From: Squalus acanthias | Lineage: Eukaryota | DNA length: 64,000 bases | Direction of reading: 5' to 3' | Assembly (NCBI GenBank): GCA_030390025.1 | Contig: CM059436.1 | Coordinates: 81,654,001 to 81,718,000, forward strand | Part shown: piece by piece, positions 63,117 to 64,000 of the stretch | How positions within the stretch are numbered: position 1 is the stretch's first letter | Layout: the number at the start of each line of letters is the position of its first letter | Translations under genes and position numbers: made by a program | The notes under the pieces: model-generated | Database searches by the model: none | What the model was told of the DNA's origin: nothing | Seen by the model: the letters and a program-made list of their open reading frames with translations, nothing else

Positions 63117-63348
63117 GATCTGTGACTTTCTGCTGGGACAGACAAGTATCTTCCAAGTAGAAGAATTAGAGGAACTAAAGCAACAATTATCAGAAGAGGC
63201 ATTTGTTGATTGCTCATGTCCTGATGTCAACCGTTTTGCTTGCCGGTCAACTCCAATGGGCAACTTCAGTGGGAGCAGTTATCCAAGTGAAATAAAAAGT
63301 TGTGAGCAGGAAACATACAGTACAGAATCTGACTGGGCAAAGTTGTAG
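63117..63348 (+). CDS. GPCPD1: GPCPD1 last coding exon (ICDFLLGQTSIFQVEELEELKQQL...ESDWAKL*)
   Basis: Within ORF 63085..63348; cag acceptor; IFQVExLExLKQxL matches the recalled human C-terminal region; TAG at 63346-63348. Confidence 0.93.
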
Positions 63349-63350
63349 TT

Positions 63351-63384
63351 CATTTTGATCCTTCCACCATTTTGATCCTTCCAC
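63351..63384 (+). repeat. 17-bp perfect tandem duplication just after the stop codon
   Basis: cattttgatccttccac x2. Confidence 0.95.
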
Positions 63385-63817
63385 GTTTTAGTGTTACTAA
63401 GGGTTTTTTTTTTCCTCTTGGTCCACAGTGGCATGAACAATAATTTAGTTCCTCAATTTTTCATACTCATATTTTTAAAAAAATCTTTTGTTACTGTATA
63501 TACCGTTTTCTTTGGGGGGGAAAGTAGCTTTTTATTTTGTAATACATTTGTGTGCCATTTAAATGTTAAGGTGGATGGGGACATTTGCATAGTGCAGTCA
63601 CATCAGTGTTTACACTATAGGTTTATGCTAGTATTCTAACTTCCATAGTTTGTGTATTGATTTCAGATGTATACGAGTACACGCAGTTCTGATTTCTTTT
63701 CTACTTTTGGGGGGGTGAAACTCACTTTTGTCATAGAAGGTAGCTAATGGAAAAGGAAGTGATGTCTATATTACAATTACAAACCAATTGTAATATATAG
63801 GTCTGCCTCATCGATGT

Positions 63818-63823
63818 AATAAA
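63818..63823 (+). promoter_or_regulatory. Candidate polyadenylation signal AATAAA
   Basis: Canonical hexamer about 470 nt after the stop codon, with U/GU-rich sequence downstream; use unproven. Confidence 0.4.
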
Positions 63824-64000
63824 CCTATTACTCCCTTGGCCATAAAGTGTACTTTTTATGAAACAGGTGGTGATTATTTACGATTTTTCTGACCTTGATC
63901 AGAAATGTGTAAAGAATTTCTAGATGGAGGCCAAGTGTTGGTTTGTGTTGGCTGAATTATTTTTGTATGTTAGATATTATAAAAAAAAATGCATGGCTGT

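Larger units (their letters stand above)
516..63823 (+). other. GPCPD1: GPCPD1/GDE5 gene body (first coding exon to candidate polyA signal); 19 coding exons, 683 aa
   Basis: Exons joined by hand at GT-AG sites give one open frame collinear with human GPCPD1 as recalled (MFTSRVTFKIKGVTLPGEVFAVCG...VGHRGAG...ENT...EFDVHLSKD...YHD...NIEVK...CWGDDTN...GLIYDR). Most exon sizes match the human gene. Confidence 0.97.

Overview
Eukaryotic (vertebrate) genomic DNA, most likely from a cartilaginous fish; this is inferred from the shark-type CR1 LINE tails and HE1-like and DeuSINE-like SINEs. The window holds the complete coding region of GPCPD1 (GDE5, glycerophosphocholine phosphodiesterase; CBM20 plus GDPD domains) on the + strand. 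I read 19 coding exons by eye, from ATG 556 to TAG 63346-63348. All introns are GT-AG, phases are consistent, and the CDS is 2052 nt (683 aa). Exon numbers follow the human gene, whose non-coding exon 1 is not identified here. The introns carry mostly antisense CR1 and L2 LINE fragments, tRNA-derived SINEs, a perfect-TIR Tigger-type MITE, an internally deleted Tigger transposon, GC-rich elements with 3-bp TSDs and two Penelope-type hammerhead-ribozyme relics. The most notable observations are a decayed intronic copy of exon 8, a C-terminal -AKL (PTS1-like) end, a recursive-splice-site/poison-exon signature in intron 4, and inverted retroposon tails flanking the in-frame exon 9-11 block. No prokaryotic-type system or CRISPR array is present. 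All comparisons to human GPCPD1 and to repeat families are from recall, not database searches.
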